Source of the DNA: Macrostomum lignano
Taxonomy: Eukaryota
DNA: 64,000 nt
Assembly: GCA_002269645.1 (NCBI GenBank)
Contig: NIVC01000363.1
Span: 558,001 to 622,000, forward strand
Direction of reading: 5' to 3'
Under the pieces are notes generated by a model. That model was given only the letters and a program-made list of their open reading frames with translations, had not been told where the DNA came from and made no database searches. Below, piece by piece: positions 27,301 through 38,900 of this stretch (within the stretch, counting starts at the first letter, position 1; the number at the start of each line of letters is the position of its first letter). The position numbers and the translations under genes were made by a program.

Positions 27301-29045
27301 GCTAAATCAAATTTATCAGGCTTTCTGTTTGAGTCTCTGCAGTTCTCACCGCTATCTGCCGGGATTTAGGTAGAATATGCCACATATGCTACTGACTCAT
27401 GTTTAGCTAAGTAGTCTGCACAGGCTTTGCAATGCCACCAGCGAGACCGCAGATAAATGAAACAATTTGCGAGCTCTCCTACAGGCGATTGCTGACAGCA
27501 GCATGAGCTGGCTCTCCTGTTTGAGTCTCAGCAGGTGCGCTTTGCTTGCTGGGATTTAGGTTGGGAGCTACACTTAATATTGTTCTCCCGTGTGCTACTC
27601 TGCGTGTCTGTCTGTCTGTCTGCATTAGTGTCTGTCTGTTGTCATTGTCTGTCTGTCTCTGCTTTAGTGTCTAAGTATCTGTCTGTGTGTTTTAGTGTCT
27701 GTCTATGTATCTACCTTTAATTACATTCCTATCCCTTACTCCACATCCCGCAGCTTCTCCAATTTAATGGAGAACGCCGAGGACATGCAGTCAGACTTCC
27801 CTCTGCTCGGCTCCTACCTGGGCGAAATATTTTCCTCTTTCCTGCAAAAATCTGCCAGCTATTTGGACTGCGTACTCCGCCTGGTGATGCTGATCCCCTC
27901 CGACATTCTCTGCTTTGCTGGCGGCAAAAAGTCGCCTCTACGCGGCGAAATTCTCTCCCGTGCCGCTCATCTGGCCAGCGTCCGGCTCGGCCACGAACGG
28001 GTTGGCCAAGATTTCCGCGACGCCGGCGTCTGCTGGCCGACCGTGCTGGAGACGTCCGCCGAATCGGCCGCCGCGTTTGTCACCAGCAAGGAGCTGGAGT
28101 TCACCGAGTCCCCGCTGCCCGATCCGGACTCGGCCGCCTCTCGGCTCAGTTTCGAACGCCTGGCCGGACGAGTTCAAGAAGTTGTCCGGGCCGGCCTGCC
28201 CGAAGGCGACGCCGACAAACTGGCTGAGTCGGTCATCGACCTGCTGGAAAGGGGAGTCGCCAGGGCCGACCGGGACTGCGAAGCCTTCAACCGGGAGCTG
28301 ATGCGCGGCGTCTGCGGCGCCTGTCTGTGCGCCGGCCAACTAGACGCTGGCCTGTTAAAGCGGCTCTGCTCGGTGTTGCAACAGTTTGTTGAAGGCTTCT
28401 CCCAGGAGATCTGGTCGCTGAAGGCGACGGCCGCTTGTCTGGTTGACGGCTCGTCTGTTGGTGAGTCAGATTAGCTGCTGCCCCCCTGAGGCCCCTTCAG
28501 TTCAGTGACAGCCGCTGCCCCCCCCCCGAGGCCCCTTCAGTTCCAGTGACAGCCGCTGCACCCCCCCCCCCCAGGCCCCTTCAGTTCAGTGACAGCCGCT
28601 GCCCCCCCCCCCCGAGGCCCCTTCAGTTCAGTGACAGCCGCTGCCCCCCGAGCCCCCTTCAGTTCAGTGACAGCCGCTGCCCCCCCCCCCCGAGGCCCCT
28701 TCAGTTCAGTGACAGCCGCTGCCCCCCTGAGGCCCCTTCAGTTCAGTGACAGCCGCTGCCCCCCCTGAGGCCCCTTCAGTTCAGTGACAGCCGCTGCCCT
28801 CCACTGTTAAATTGAATTAAAAGTCTATTAAATCTTAGCCAAGTGCACTCGATTCTCAATCGCGCAACCAAAACTCCGCACTGGCAGAACTGCTGCCAGA
28901 AGTATTCACAGTCTTTCTTGACAACCGTCTGGTGTCAGAGGAGTCATTCAAAAACTGGTACGACGAACACGCCGACGGCAGTCAACGCGAGGCGACGCGG
29001 ACTTTTGTGGGCACCCTGGAATCCACGGCCACGCTGCACGATTGA
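15819..29045 (+). CDS. eIF4G: Eukaryotic translation initiation factor 4G
   Basis: Exons 15819-15842, 15951-16202, (16421-16441 optional), 17559-18746, 20108-20536, 21779-21838, 23500-23735, 24452-25222, 26078-26608, 27754-28460, 28888-29045; phases are consistent. PABP-site-like KKILTFIDPRT, eIF4E-binding YDRDFLL (YxxxxLphi), MIF4G (IRSILNKVTPQNF, GNIRFIGELY, KVRFKLIDVVEMR), MA3 (DMQSDFP), W2 (FLDNRLVSEESFKNW). Probable 5' UTR microexon at 15694-15713. Confidence 0.95.
17156..17404. repeat. (TCTG)n/(TCTA)n microsatellite
   Basis: Tetranucleotide runs. Confidence 0.95.
18853..19725. repeat. 21-bp minisatellite (GCTAGCTGTGCCACTTTGTGT)n
   Basis: About 41 units; source of ORFs 18764-19784. Confidence 0.95.
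19811..19875 (+). ncRNA. Box C/D snoRNA candidate 1 (eIF4G intron)
   Basis: Terminal stem GGCT/AGCC, C box ATGATGA 19815-19821, internal C' ATGATGA, D box CTGA 19869-19872 preceded by TCAGAAACGCTA. Confidence 0.75.
19940..19997 (+). ncRNA. Box C/D snoRNA candidate 2 (paralog of 19811-19875)
   Basis: Stem GGC/GCC, C box ATGATGA 19944-19950, D' CTGA 19961-19964, C'-like ATGAGA, D box CTGA 19991-19994 with the same TCAGAAACGCTA guide; ends 110 nt before the 3' splice site. Confidence 0.8.
20592..21026 (+). repeat. 28-bp minisatellite (CCTCCCAGATCCTCAGTTGCTGGGCCAG)n, copy 1 of a dispersed family
   Basis: Tandem units; the same unit occurs at 35385-35907 (inverted) and 56852-57086. Confidence 0.95.
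21074..21174 (+). ncRNA. Box C/D snoRNA, snR38/SNORD1-like
   Basis: Perfect 9-bp terminal stem AACAAAACA/TGTTTTGTT, C box ATGATGA 21083-21089, guide GTTATCCCTGT complementary to conserved LSU rRNA ACAGGGAUAAC, D'-like CTTA 21103-21106, D box CTGA 21161-21164. Confidence 0.8.
22625..23491. repeat. 16-bp minisatellite (AAACCTCAACCYTCRC)n
   Basis: About 54 units ending 8 nt before the acceptor AG at 23498-23499. Confidence 0.95.
24210..24399. repeat. (ACT)n microsatellite
   Basis: Intronic trinucleotide run; source of the poly-Thr ORF. Confidence 0.95.
25265..25470 (+). ncRNA. Box H/ACA snoRNA candidate 1A, SNORA9/ACA9-like, with an enlarged 5' hairpin
   Basis: Lower stem GCAAGACG/CGTCTTGC, pocket ACCAGC/TCCT, H box AAATCA 25387-25392. 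The 3' hairpin has pocket GTTTGA/TAGGT and ACA at 25465-25467. Confidence 0.75.
25512..25658 (+). ncRNA. Box H/ACA snoRNA candidate 1B, SNORA9/ACA9-like
   Basis: Stem GCAATGCC/GGCGATTGC, pocket ACCAGC/TCCT, H box ACAGCA 25578-25583. The 3' hairpin has pocket GTTTGA/TAGGT and ACA at 25653-25655, 14 nt from the upper stem. Confidence 0.8.
25690..26000. repeat. (TGTC)n-type microsatellite
   Basis: Tetranucleotide-derived low complexity; its start is included in the 463-bp duplication. Confidence 0.9.
26740..26800 (-). mobile_element. Diverged tRNA-derived SINE-like head
   Basis: Minus-strand B-box-like GTTCGATTCTGG preceded by CGCCTCCCTGTCGCATTTGAGC, resembling the element at 57829-57900. Confidence 0.3.
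27182..27387 (+). ncRNA. Box H/ACA snoRNA candidate 2A (duplicate of 1A)
   Basis: Copy of 25265-25470 at offset +1917; I saw one substitution. Confidence 0.75.
27429..27575 (+). ncRNA. Box H/ACA snoRNA candidate 2B (duplicate of 1B)
   Basis: Copy of 25512-25658 at offset +1917. Confidence 0.8.
28474..28799. repeat. ~35-bp minisatellite (CAGTTCAGTGACAGCCGCTG-Cn-GAGGCCCCTT)
   Basis: About 9 units with variable poly-C, starting 13 nt after the donor at 28461. Confidence 0.95.
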
Positions 29046-31172
29046 GCTCAAACTCTGAACTGAAAAGTAGAGTTTTTTGTGTTGCTGGCTGGCTGACCCC
29101 GTATCCAAATCCTCATTATTGTGACTCATGCTCCTTGATCTATTATTATTCTATTATAATTTTCTAACCCCAAATTTCCGCCCGTAATTTTCATTTCCAC
29201 AATTAAATTAAGATATACATGTGATGATTATCCTACTTATAGGGCTACTGACAGAAAATACGCTATAAAATGTATAGCAATGAAATAGTAAATTTCCTAA
29301 ATAAATTAATAGTGGAAGCGACAATTATATAAATTTTAGTATGGATTCTTTAAGATTTAAATTTGTTTTTCTTGCTTTCAAATTTCCTGCGTGCCCGTCA
29401 TACTCAGTAATTATATATTTTAATTATTGTTATTATTTATTCTCGTTATAATTTGACATATTTTGCTGCTGTTACGTTTTGGTGTTCTGTTGGATTCGAA
29501 TAAAAGATATCTAAGACTTGTGTTTTTGGTCTCAATTTGTTACAAGTGTTGTTCGCGAGTTCGTTTTGTGTGTGTTTCCGGGGGTGCAGGATTAATGTAG
29601 TATAATTATTATATTAATGTTTCTGAAGTAATTTTTCTCTCGCTGCTCTTTTGTTTTTTTTTTTCTTGGCTTGAAAATAACTTATTTTTGTAGCGTAAGG
29701 ACTTAACTAATGTTTTTTTCTTCATTTACCTGATATACTAGTTGTTACATTATATTAAGCATTGCTTGAGACTACTCAAGTTTCATAGTAAATTAATTTT
29801 TGTCGTAATTAATATTATGACTGAGTATTGTCAGGTGTCAAGTTTGATTCAATGACTAACTTGATAATGGATTGGAATTGAATGAATAAAATCTTTCTAT
29901 TGTCTTTTTTGATCTTCCAATTAATTTAAAATATCTCCTACCAATAATATTATAGTTGGTCAGAGGAAACACACTGAAATTAATGATTTAAAATGCGCCA
30001 CAAATTAATGGTTTTTTCTTGCTTCTCTGTCTGTTCCGAGTTTTATTGTTGCAGATTTGTTTCTGCGCAAACTTAATAAAAATTAATCCTATTTAAAATG
30101 CTTGCACTGAGCTATATACTACTTATAGTGGATGCTAATAGCAGTCAGATTGAACTGATTCAGCTGATCGATTGATCCGCGGTGAGTGACCGGGCCGTTC
30201 GATTATTAAAAAGAAATAAACATCTATTAGGACAAATGCTGTTGGGTAAGAGTTCGAGCAGCTGGTGCCTTAAAAAAGAAATTTTTGTTGATTTCTTGAT
30301 TTGCTTTTTCAAATTTTAACTGCTGTTTTGGTAGTGATATTCGGAAGTTCGACTACTTCGAGCGGTTACAGGAATATCATCTATAGTAAATAGCGACATT
30401 GAACTGTGTGCAGTGAGATGTAATTGAAGCGGGCACTATCTCAAGGTCCAAAAATCGTTAGAAGGAACGGCCATAGACAGTTCAACTGGAACTTCTATGT
30501 GCGTGTTGTACCTAAGCTGGTGTGTATCCATAAACTATAATTCAATGAAGTGAAGTATTTTATAACTAATTAATCCGTAATTAACCAAGCACATTATAGC
30601 AGAGCATTCTGACAATACGAGAGCAGGAAAATAGGAGATGAATTGAGTTAAACGCGTTTATTTTCTGTATATTATTAGAAAATCGTATTTACGAGCAAAC
30701 AAAGCTTTATTGCGGATAGAGTTGAACAATTATTAAGTAATTATTGAACAATGTCGTAGGATCGGAAAGGAATCGTAGGAGTAGTACTCAAGAACAGGAG
30801 CAGGAAATAGTTTTTTACCCTGCGCGTTGTTTAGTACTTGTACTTAAAAAATCAACATTAAGTACTTAATGTATTTTTCTATTTTATTTTTTACTTTAAT
30901 TTTATTTCATTTCGTATTTCTATTCGAAAAGTACAATTTTTACTTGTATTTAAAAAACGTGCTTCTATTTGAAAAAAGTACATTTTGTACTTTAATTTAA
31001 AAAGTACAATTCGTACTTCTATTTGAAGAATTACAATTTGAACTTTTATTTGAACAAGTATAATTTTACTTCTGTTTTATAAAGTACTTCTGTTTTACAA
31101 TCCCCTCTTCAGTTGTCAAACGCAAAGAAATTAATTATAAATATATATTATTGTTACATTTTTTAAATTTAT

Positions 31173-34100
31173 TTAAAATCCGCCTCGCAAATTAAAACCC
31201 GGCGGCAACTGCGGCTGTGGCTGAGACTGCGCCGGAGGCGGAGGCAGTTTAGCGCTAACCGCGGCAGCTGCGGCAGCCGCAGCGGCAACAGCAGCCGAAG
31301 GAGCCGCAGGCGGATTAGCCGTATCGGCGGCTACACCGCTATTAAAAATTTCGCCATCTCCGCCGCGGATTAGCCGAGAATAGGCCTTGCCACCGGACGG
31401 CGGCTTGGGGCTGTGCCGGTTCTGCTGCTGCTGACTTTGCTGATGCCCGTGCGACGCTCCGGCCCGATGACCCTCGGACCTGGCCGGCCAGGTGGGGAAC
31501 AGGGACGGGTCAATCGCGGCCGGGCGCTCGCTAAAGTACTCGTGCTTCAGCGCCTGTTCAGCCGTGAGCCGCCTGCTCGGATCGAATGTCAGCAGGCCGT
31601 TGATAAGGCCGAAAGCGGCGTCGGACATCCTGTCAGCCGGGAACCGGTTTCTCAACCGGTTAAACCGGTATTCATCTCCGTCAAATAGCGGTTGTTCAAC
31701 CAGTAACCGTTTAGCCGCTGCCAGCTGCAGCAGATCCGGCCAGATCTTCTCCGTCGGCCGGCCCAGCTCGCGGAATATCAGTTTGAGCTGTTCGATCTCG
31801 CCTTTGCCCCGGAATAGCGGCTCTTTGAGCAGCAGTTCGCCAAATATGCAGCCAACGCTCCAGCAGTCGATGGGTGTGCTGTAGAGCCTAGTGCCCAGCA
31901 GCAGCTCAACTGAGCGATACCACAGGGTCACCACAACGGTGGTGTACTTTTTCAATGGGCTGCCGTACTCGCGAGCTAGGCCGAAATCGCCGACTTTCAA
32001 TATGCCCTGATGGCTGAGCAGCAGATTGGAGGTTTTCAAATCGCGATGCAGAATCCAATTATCGTGCAGGTGAGCCACGGCACGAAGGAGCTGCAGCATC
32101 AGGCATTTCACCTCCTCGATCTGCGGGGCGCAGGCGGTGACAGCTATCACCATTGGGACAGAGAGAATGCCTTTGTAACTAGGGGTGGATAAGACTACGG
32201 TGAGGGGCGGCTGTGTCTGTGTAAGGGGGCGGATGAGTCTGTAAGGAGCGGATGAGTCTGTGTTAGAGGACGGATGAGTCTGTGTTAGAGGGCGGATGAG
32301 TCAGTATAAGGGTAGTGGATGAGTCTGTATAAGGGGGCGGATGAGTCTGTATAAGGGGGTGGATGAGTCAGTATAAGGGGGCGGATGAGTCTGTATAAGG
32401 GGCGGATGAGTCAGTATAAGGGGGCGGATGAGTCAGTATAAGGGGGCGGATGAGTCAGTATAAGGGGGCGGATGAGTCTGTATAAGGGGGCGGATGAGTC
32501 TGTATAAGGGGGCAGATGAGTCTGTATAAGGGGGCGGATGAGTCTGTATAAGGGGGCAGATGAGTCTGTATAAGGGGGCAGATGAGCCTGTATCATTTAC
32601 CTTGAACGGTTTAGTCATAATTTCCATCAGCGATTTGAGATCGTGGGCAACATAGTCCATGACAATGTAGATCTTATCCATATTGCTGCCAACCACAATC
32701 TCCCTGACAGTAACAATATTCTCATGTTGAGCTTTTAACAGGGTGTTAATCTCGCGCAACGATGTAATGGGAAAGCCTTCGCGTTCGTTCTCCATTTTTA
32801 ATCGTTTCAAGGCAACAATTTCTTTGGTCTTTTTGTCGCAGGCTCGGTAAACAACGCCGTAGGTGCCTTCCTCGATGCGGTTGAGGCAGTGGTACTCTTC
32901 CACATTGCGGCAGCCCTGGATAGCCGGCAGGTAAACTCGACGGGGCGGCTTCGGCGGCTCCGCCTCTTTCTGCTCCTGCTGTTGCTCAGGCTGCTTCTGC
33001 TTAGTAGGCGACTCTCTTGGCGAGGATGAGCCTGCTCCAGCGGAGGATCTGGATGAAGCCACTGACGAATTCGATGGGGAACTGGCGATGGCTGTGGGAT
33101 GATTTGCATTGCCTGCCGACCGAGGCGGCTCTTCAATCGACACCATTGGCGAATTGCCGACATCAACATCGTCGTCCTCGTTGGCCTGTTCATCAAATTT
33201 CTGCTTCTGCTGTTGTTGTTGTTGCTTTTTCTGCTGCTTTTCTAAGCGCTCTTTCTCGCGGATTTTCAATTCCAATCGTCGGCGCATCGCCTCCTCTTGA
33301 CGCTCGGCGGACGACGCCGAAGGACGAGACTGCTTTGCCGATGGCGACGGGGATCGAGCTGGGGACCTTCCATGCCGACGCTTCCGACTGTCTCTGGACG
33401 TTCTGGAGTCCCGATCGCGATCCCGATGGTCCCGACGCCGGTCGCGCGACCGATGCCCCTGACGATCGCGACTGCCGACGTCGCTCCGACGTTGCGCTTC
33501 GCCGCCGCCGCTGCCGCCGCGCTGCTCCTGACGCCGGCGCGATCGCTCGTGACGTCGCTTTGAGTCGCGCCGGTGCTTCTGGCGTCGAGAAGCGGACTGC
33601 TGCTGCTGCTGCTCAGAGGACGCGGCCGAATCGGACGATGCAGATGATGACCGGCTGGATCGGGGAGACTCGGAGTCGTCGCTGCGCACAAGAATCGGCT
33701 CCGGCTGGCGCTCCTCGCCCTCAGAGTAGGACGACGCAGACGAAGGCGAGCGTGGCGGCTGCTGCTGCTGCTGGCCGCGCGAGCTGGAGGCAGCCGCTGA
33801 AGATGCCGACGGTGCTTGAACCACGCTGATTGCCGAGGTTGGACGAAGCCGCTGCTGCGGCTGAGGCGGTGGCGGCCGCATTCCGCCTTTATTATTGCTG
33901 TCCTCTTCGTTGCTGGCGCTGCCGCTGCTGCTGCTGTCGTTGTAGTTTCGGCGAGACTGGAAGACGCGTAGAGGTGCGATTGTAGAGCTTGTATATATAC
34001 TACTAATATCGTCTATTGCAGCATAGTTTAGAAATGGAACCATCATTTAGATAGGGGGCGGAGAGGCAGATTCTTAAGGACTGAGGGGAGGGGGGGGGCG

Positions 34101-34908
34101 GAGTGGCAGATTCTTAAGAACTGGGGGAGGAAGCGGAGAGGCAGATTCTTAAGGACTGAGGGGAGGGGGGCGGAGTGGCAGATTCTTAAGAACTGGGGGA
34201 GGAAGCGGAGAGGCAGATTCTTAAGGACTGAGGGGAGGGGGGCGGAGTGGCAGATTCTTAAGAACTGGGGGAGGAAGCGGAGAGGCAGATTCTCAGGGAC
34301 TGAGGGGGGCGGAGAGGCAGATTCTCAAGGGCTGAGGGGAGCGGAGAGGCAGATTCTCAAGGACTGAGGGGAGCGGAGAGGCAGATTCTCAAGGACTGAG
34401 GGGAGCGGAGAGGCAGATTCTCAGGGACTGAGAGGGCGGAGAGGCAGATTCTCAAGGACTGAGGGGAGCGGAGAGGCAGATTCTCAAGGACTGAGGGGAG
34501 GGAGCGGAGAGGCAGATTCTCAAGGACTGAGGGAGCGGAGAGGCAGATTCTCAAGGATTGAGGGGAGGGAGCGGAGAGGCAGATTCTCAAGGACTGAGGG
34601 AGCGGAGAGGCAGATTCTCAAGGACTGAGGGGAGGGGGGGCGGAGAGGCAGATTCTCAAGGACTGAGGGGAGGGAGCGGAGAGGCAGATTCTCAAGGACT
34701 GAGGGAGCGGAGAGGCAGATTCTCAAGGATTGAGGGGAGGGAGCGGAGAGGCAGATTCTCAAGGACTGAGGGAGCGGAGAGGCAGATTCTCAAGGACTGA
34801 GGGGGCGGAGAGGCAGATTCTCAAGGACTGAGGGGAGGGAGCGGAGTGGCAGATTCTCAACAAATAACTTCAAGAAAAAACAAACAATAGAAACAAGACT
34901 TAAACCAT
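31173..34908 (-). CDS. CDK11: Cyclin-dependent kinase 11 (PITSLRE), with RE/RS-rich N-terminus
   Basis: Exons (minus) 34908-34906 (ATG, tentative), 33956-32601, 32120-31173. Motifs IEEGTYGVVYRA, GFPITSLREINTLLK, HRDLKTSNLL, DFGLAREYGSPLK, TLWYRSVELLLG. Confidence 0.95.
32205..32592. repeat. 20-21-bp minisatellite (GATGAGTCTGTATAAGGGGGCG)n, CDK11 intron
   Basis: Tandem units starting ~10 nt from the donor at 32600. Confidence 0.95.
34053..34860. repeat. ~28-33-bp minisatellite (GCGGAGAGGCAGATTCTCAAGGACTGAGGG)n
   Basis: Tandem units filling the putative first CDK11 intron. Confidence 0.95.
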
Positions 34909-34926
34909 TGTGCACAAGAATTTTAT

Positions 34927-34937
34927 AAAATGGCGGC
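34927..34937 (-). promoter_or_regulatory. YY1-like motif GCCGCCATTTT upstream of the putative CDK11 ATG
   Basis: Plus strand AAAATGGCGGC, about 20 nt 5' of ATG 34908; matches the YY1 consensus. Confidence 0.35.
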
Positions 34938-35384
34938 AGAATTATAATTGGATGCTATGATTACTTCTGAATAATTATTAATGAAAAAATAGCAAACAGC
35001 GAATGACTAATACATACTTGTAAAAGACTGTTATACTCAGCTGTCTTTCTCAATTAAACAAATGACGACAAAAAGTAAAACAAAAAATAAACAGCAAAAA
35101 ACTGACAGCTCCCGTTTTGTTTCATTTTGCCTATACTATATAAAAAAGGCGGGCGAATCTCTCAACAGTCTACATAATGATTTCTAGCAATGCACAATTC
35201 TTGGTAAAAGCCGATGGCAAACAGGTATCCAACCCTAATGAGTTGCCGAGCTGAACCGCTAATGAGCAAAGGTGCCTGTGTAAGGTGCCTTGGGTGCATG
35301 CTAAGAGTTGCTAGGTTTACGCTTGAACTTGTGTTGCGTGTGTGGTCAGAATAATCAGTGCTTTGTCATTGTGCGATTCTTCAT

Positions 35385-35907
35385 CTGAGGCAGTGGCCCA
35401 GCAACTGGGGATCTGGGAGGCTGGCTCAGAAACTGGGGATCTGGGAGGCTGGCTCAGCAACTGGGGATCTGGGAGGCTGGCTCAGCAACTGAGGATCTGG
35501 GAGGCTGGCTCAGCAACTGAGGATCTGGGAGGCTGGCCTAGAAGGCCCAGAAACTGAGGATCTGAGAGGCTGGCCCAGCAACTGAGGATCTGGGAGGCTA
35601 GCCTAGCAAATGAGGATTTGGGAGGCTGGCCCAGCAACTGAGGATCTGGGAGGCTAGCCTAGCAAATCAGGATTTGGGAGGCTGGCCCAGCAACTGAGGA
35701 TCTGGGAGGCTAGCCTAGCAAATCAGGATTTGGGAGGCTGGCCTAGTAACTGAGGATTTGGGAGGCTGGCCCAGCAACTGAGGATCTGGGGGGCTGGCCC
35801 AGCAACTGAGGATCTGGGAGGCTGGCCCAGCAACTGAGGATCTGGGAGGCTGGCCCAGCAACTGAGGATCTGGGAGGCTGGCCCAGCAACTGAGGATCTG
35901 GGAGGCT
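35385..35907 (-). repeat. 28-bp minisatellite, copy 2 of the dispersed family (inverted)
   Basis: CTGGCCCAGCAACTGAGGATCTGGGAGG is the reverse complement of the unit at 20592. Confidence 0.95.
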
Positions 35908-35988
35908 AATTATTAAGGGTTAATACAAGAACAAAAGCTGTTTAAAAACTCGTAGCACTGCAAAACAGTCTAAATGTCATGCCAGCCC

Positions 35989-38900
35989 TCAAACCCAGCA
36001 GACGCAGAGTGCCTGCAGGAAGCCGGCAGCAGCCGCAGCCAACATCGGAGGCCGCAATTCCAGTTTAGCACAGCCGCAGTTGCCGCTAACAACGGGCCGG
36101 CCGTCCAGCTCCCAGGGCGAGCGCCAACACTGCGACGGTCCCAAGAGCTGCGGCGGCGGTAGCTGCCCAGAACCGCAGACGTGGATGCTCAATCGATACC
36201 ATTGATTTGGCAGCAGCACCAGAGCCCTGGGAAAGGTCACCTCAGTGAGGCTGACAGCCTGTCTAACCGTCTGACTGCATTCTAGCGATGCTTCATTGGG
36301 TTCGAATCTGCTATTAAACAGGCAGTGCTCAACATCTTCCACTGAGGTCACTTCAGCCATTATGGACATGTCTGAGCCGCTAGGATTCTGCTGCTGTGCT
36401 TGAACTTGTCTCAATCGGCTACTCGACGACTCGGATTTAGGCGGCTGTCGGAACAGATTAAAGCCGGTTAATAGCAATCGGCGATTAGTTCGCATCTCGA
36501 TGCTGCCGAATATGGCGAACTGCTGATCAGCTGCGATAGGGGGGATTTAAACAAAAGATCAACATTGGTGTGATGGAAAATGTTCTGGCTTTCTGTCTCC
36601 CACTGTTACATTAGCTTTACTACCACTCACCCTTCATACCCTCTCATCCCTCACAGTCTCACTCTCGGTATACCACATTCACTGAATCTTTCACTTTCAG
36701 TCTTTCACTCTCAAGGTCTCACAATCTCACACTCTACACTGTCACTTACAGTTTCAAACTCTCAAAGTGTCACTCTCTTACTCTTACAGTGTCACTCTCT
36801 CACTCTCACAGTGTCACTCTCACACTCTCGCAGTGTCACTCTCTCACTCTCACAGTGTCACTATCTCACCCTCACAGTGTCACTTTCTCACCCTCAGTGT
36901 CACTCTCTTACTCTCACAGTGTCACTCTCTCACTCTCGCAGTGTCACTCTCTCAATCTCACTCTCACAGTGTCACTCTCTCACTCTCGCAGTGTCACTCA
37001 CTCAATCTCACTCTCAGTGTCACTCTCTCACTCTCACAGTGTCACTCTCTCACTCTCGCAGTGTCACTCACTCAATCTCACTCTCAGTGTCACTCTCTCA
37101 GTCTCAAATTTTCGGAGTTTCACTCCATTTTCAACCACTCTTTCACTCTCTCCTTTTACCCCCTCACTACCACACAGTCTCACCCTGAGCTACAATGGGC
37201 CAATTACCTAAGCTCAGCAGACCGGATGCTGACACAAACGTGGACGCTGAAGACGATTCGTCTGTCACTGACGGCGGCAGGGCCATGGGCAACCTGGCCG
37301 ACACCTGGGAGGGTGCAGCGGCAGCGCGTACAGCGGCGGCGGCCGCGGCCAAATCACACAGAACCAGCTGTTCGGGTTCGCCAGGAAGGCTTGGGCACCG
37401 CGGCTGAGCGTTGAATTCAACGACGGTGTCTCGGTCTGAAGGTGGGAGAGATGGTAAATTGAGCTGCCACTATACATCAAATATGCCATTAGAGATCAAT
37501 ACACTAGCATTAAAAGTGCCATTTGAGAACAAGAAACTGGCATTCAAGTGCCATTTGAGAACAAAAGACTGGCAATCAAGTGCCATTAGACATCGATGCA
37601 TTGGCATCAAAAGTGCCACTGGAGATCAATACACTGGCATCAAAAGTGCCACTAGAGATCAATGCACTGGCATTTAAGTGCCACTAGAGATCAATACACT
37701 GGCATTTAAGTGCCACTAGAGATCAATGCACTGGCATTTAAGTGCCACTACAGATCAATACACTGGCATTTAAGTGCCACTAGAGATCAATGCACTGGCA
37801 CCCAGAGTGCCGCTAGAGATCAAGATAAATATTCAAGGCCACACTCTTACCTAGATTATCCCTGTCCTGTCCTGTCAGAATTCTGACCAATTGTCCATCA
37901 GTCAATAGCCCGGTAGGCGCCACTAGACTGCCAATCTGGCGTCGCGACATTCTTGAAAATCTAACGCATCGTAGCAACGGTGCATAATCGGTTAAATCCC
38001 CGACAGTCCCCAATGATGACAATGAACCAGACGGTTTATCCTCTTCATCAGCATCAGCACTATTACGAGACTTTGCCCAGCATAAAATCCAATCAAATAT
38101 TTCCACCTCGTCGCATGGCAGACCATCCTGGGACAGAACGCAGGCAATCAAATCTTGAGAATACGTGTTTCCATGGCAACCGAGCAGATCCGAACTGATT
38201 CGTTCCCATTGGTGACAAATTAAACGGAGACATGGTTGCACAACTGAAGGCACCTGGACAGTGAAATATTTATTGATTGATAAATGCTAAGTGAACCAAT
38301 TCGTTCCTATTTAGGATTTAAATAGAATACTCTGTTTATAATCCAGAGGGTTCTTCCTAATTTTAGAATCTGAAGTGATTTTCACTCACTATTTTAAAAT
38401 AATAACAAATGGTAATTCCATACTTCAGGATCTGAAAGGTGGTGCATCCCTGTCTCAGGATCTGAAAGGTGGTGCATCCCTGTCTCAGGATCTGAAAGGT
38501 GGTGCATCCCTGTCTCAGGATCTGAAAGGTGGTGCATCCCTGTCTCAGGATCTGAAGGTGGTGCATCCCTGTCTCAGGATCTGAAGGTGGTGCATCCCTG
38601 TCTCAGGATCTGAAGGTGGTGCATCCCTGTCTCAGGATCTGAAAGGTGGTGCATCCCTGTCTCAGGATCTGAAAAGTGGTGCATCCCTGTCTCAGGATCT
38701 GAAAGGTGGTGCATCCCTGTCTCAGGATCTGAAAGGTGGTGCATCCCTGTCTCAGGATCTGAAAAGTGGTGCATCCCTGTCTCAGGATCTGAAAGGTGGT
38801 GCATCCCTGTCTCAGGATCTGAAAGGTGGTGCATCCCTGTTTCAGGATCTGAAGGTGGTGCATCCCTGTCTCAGGATCTGAAGGTGGTGCATCCCTGTCT

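Noticed and set aside
29221-29252. GTGATGA...CTGA pair in the eIF4G 3' region
   Set aside because: Too short for a C/D snoRNA, no terminal stem, and not intronic.
30780-31100. AGTACTT-rich segment between the convergent eIF4G and CDK11 3' ends, possible MITE
   Set aside because: No terminal inverted repeats or TSD identified.
32433-32600. C-terminal SAPLYRLI repeats of ORF 32433-34046
   Set aside because: Read-through into the intron after the donor at 32600; the kinase domain continues in exon 32120-31173.
33050-33160. Internal Met (SPMVSIEE) as a p58-like IRES-driven start in CDK11
   Set aside because: Position is only roughly comparable to vertebrate p58, and nothing in the sequence supports an IRES.
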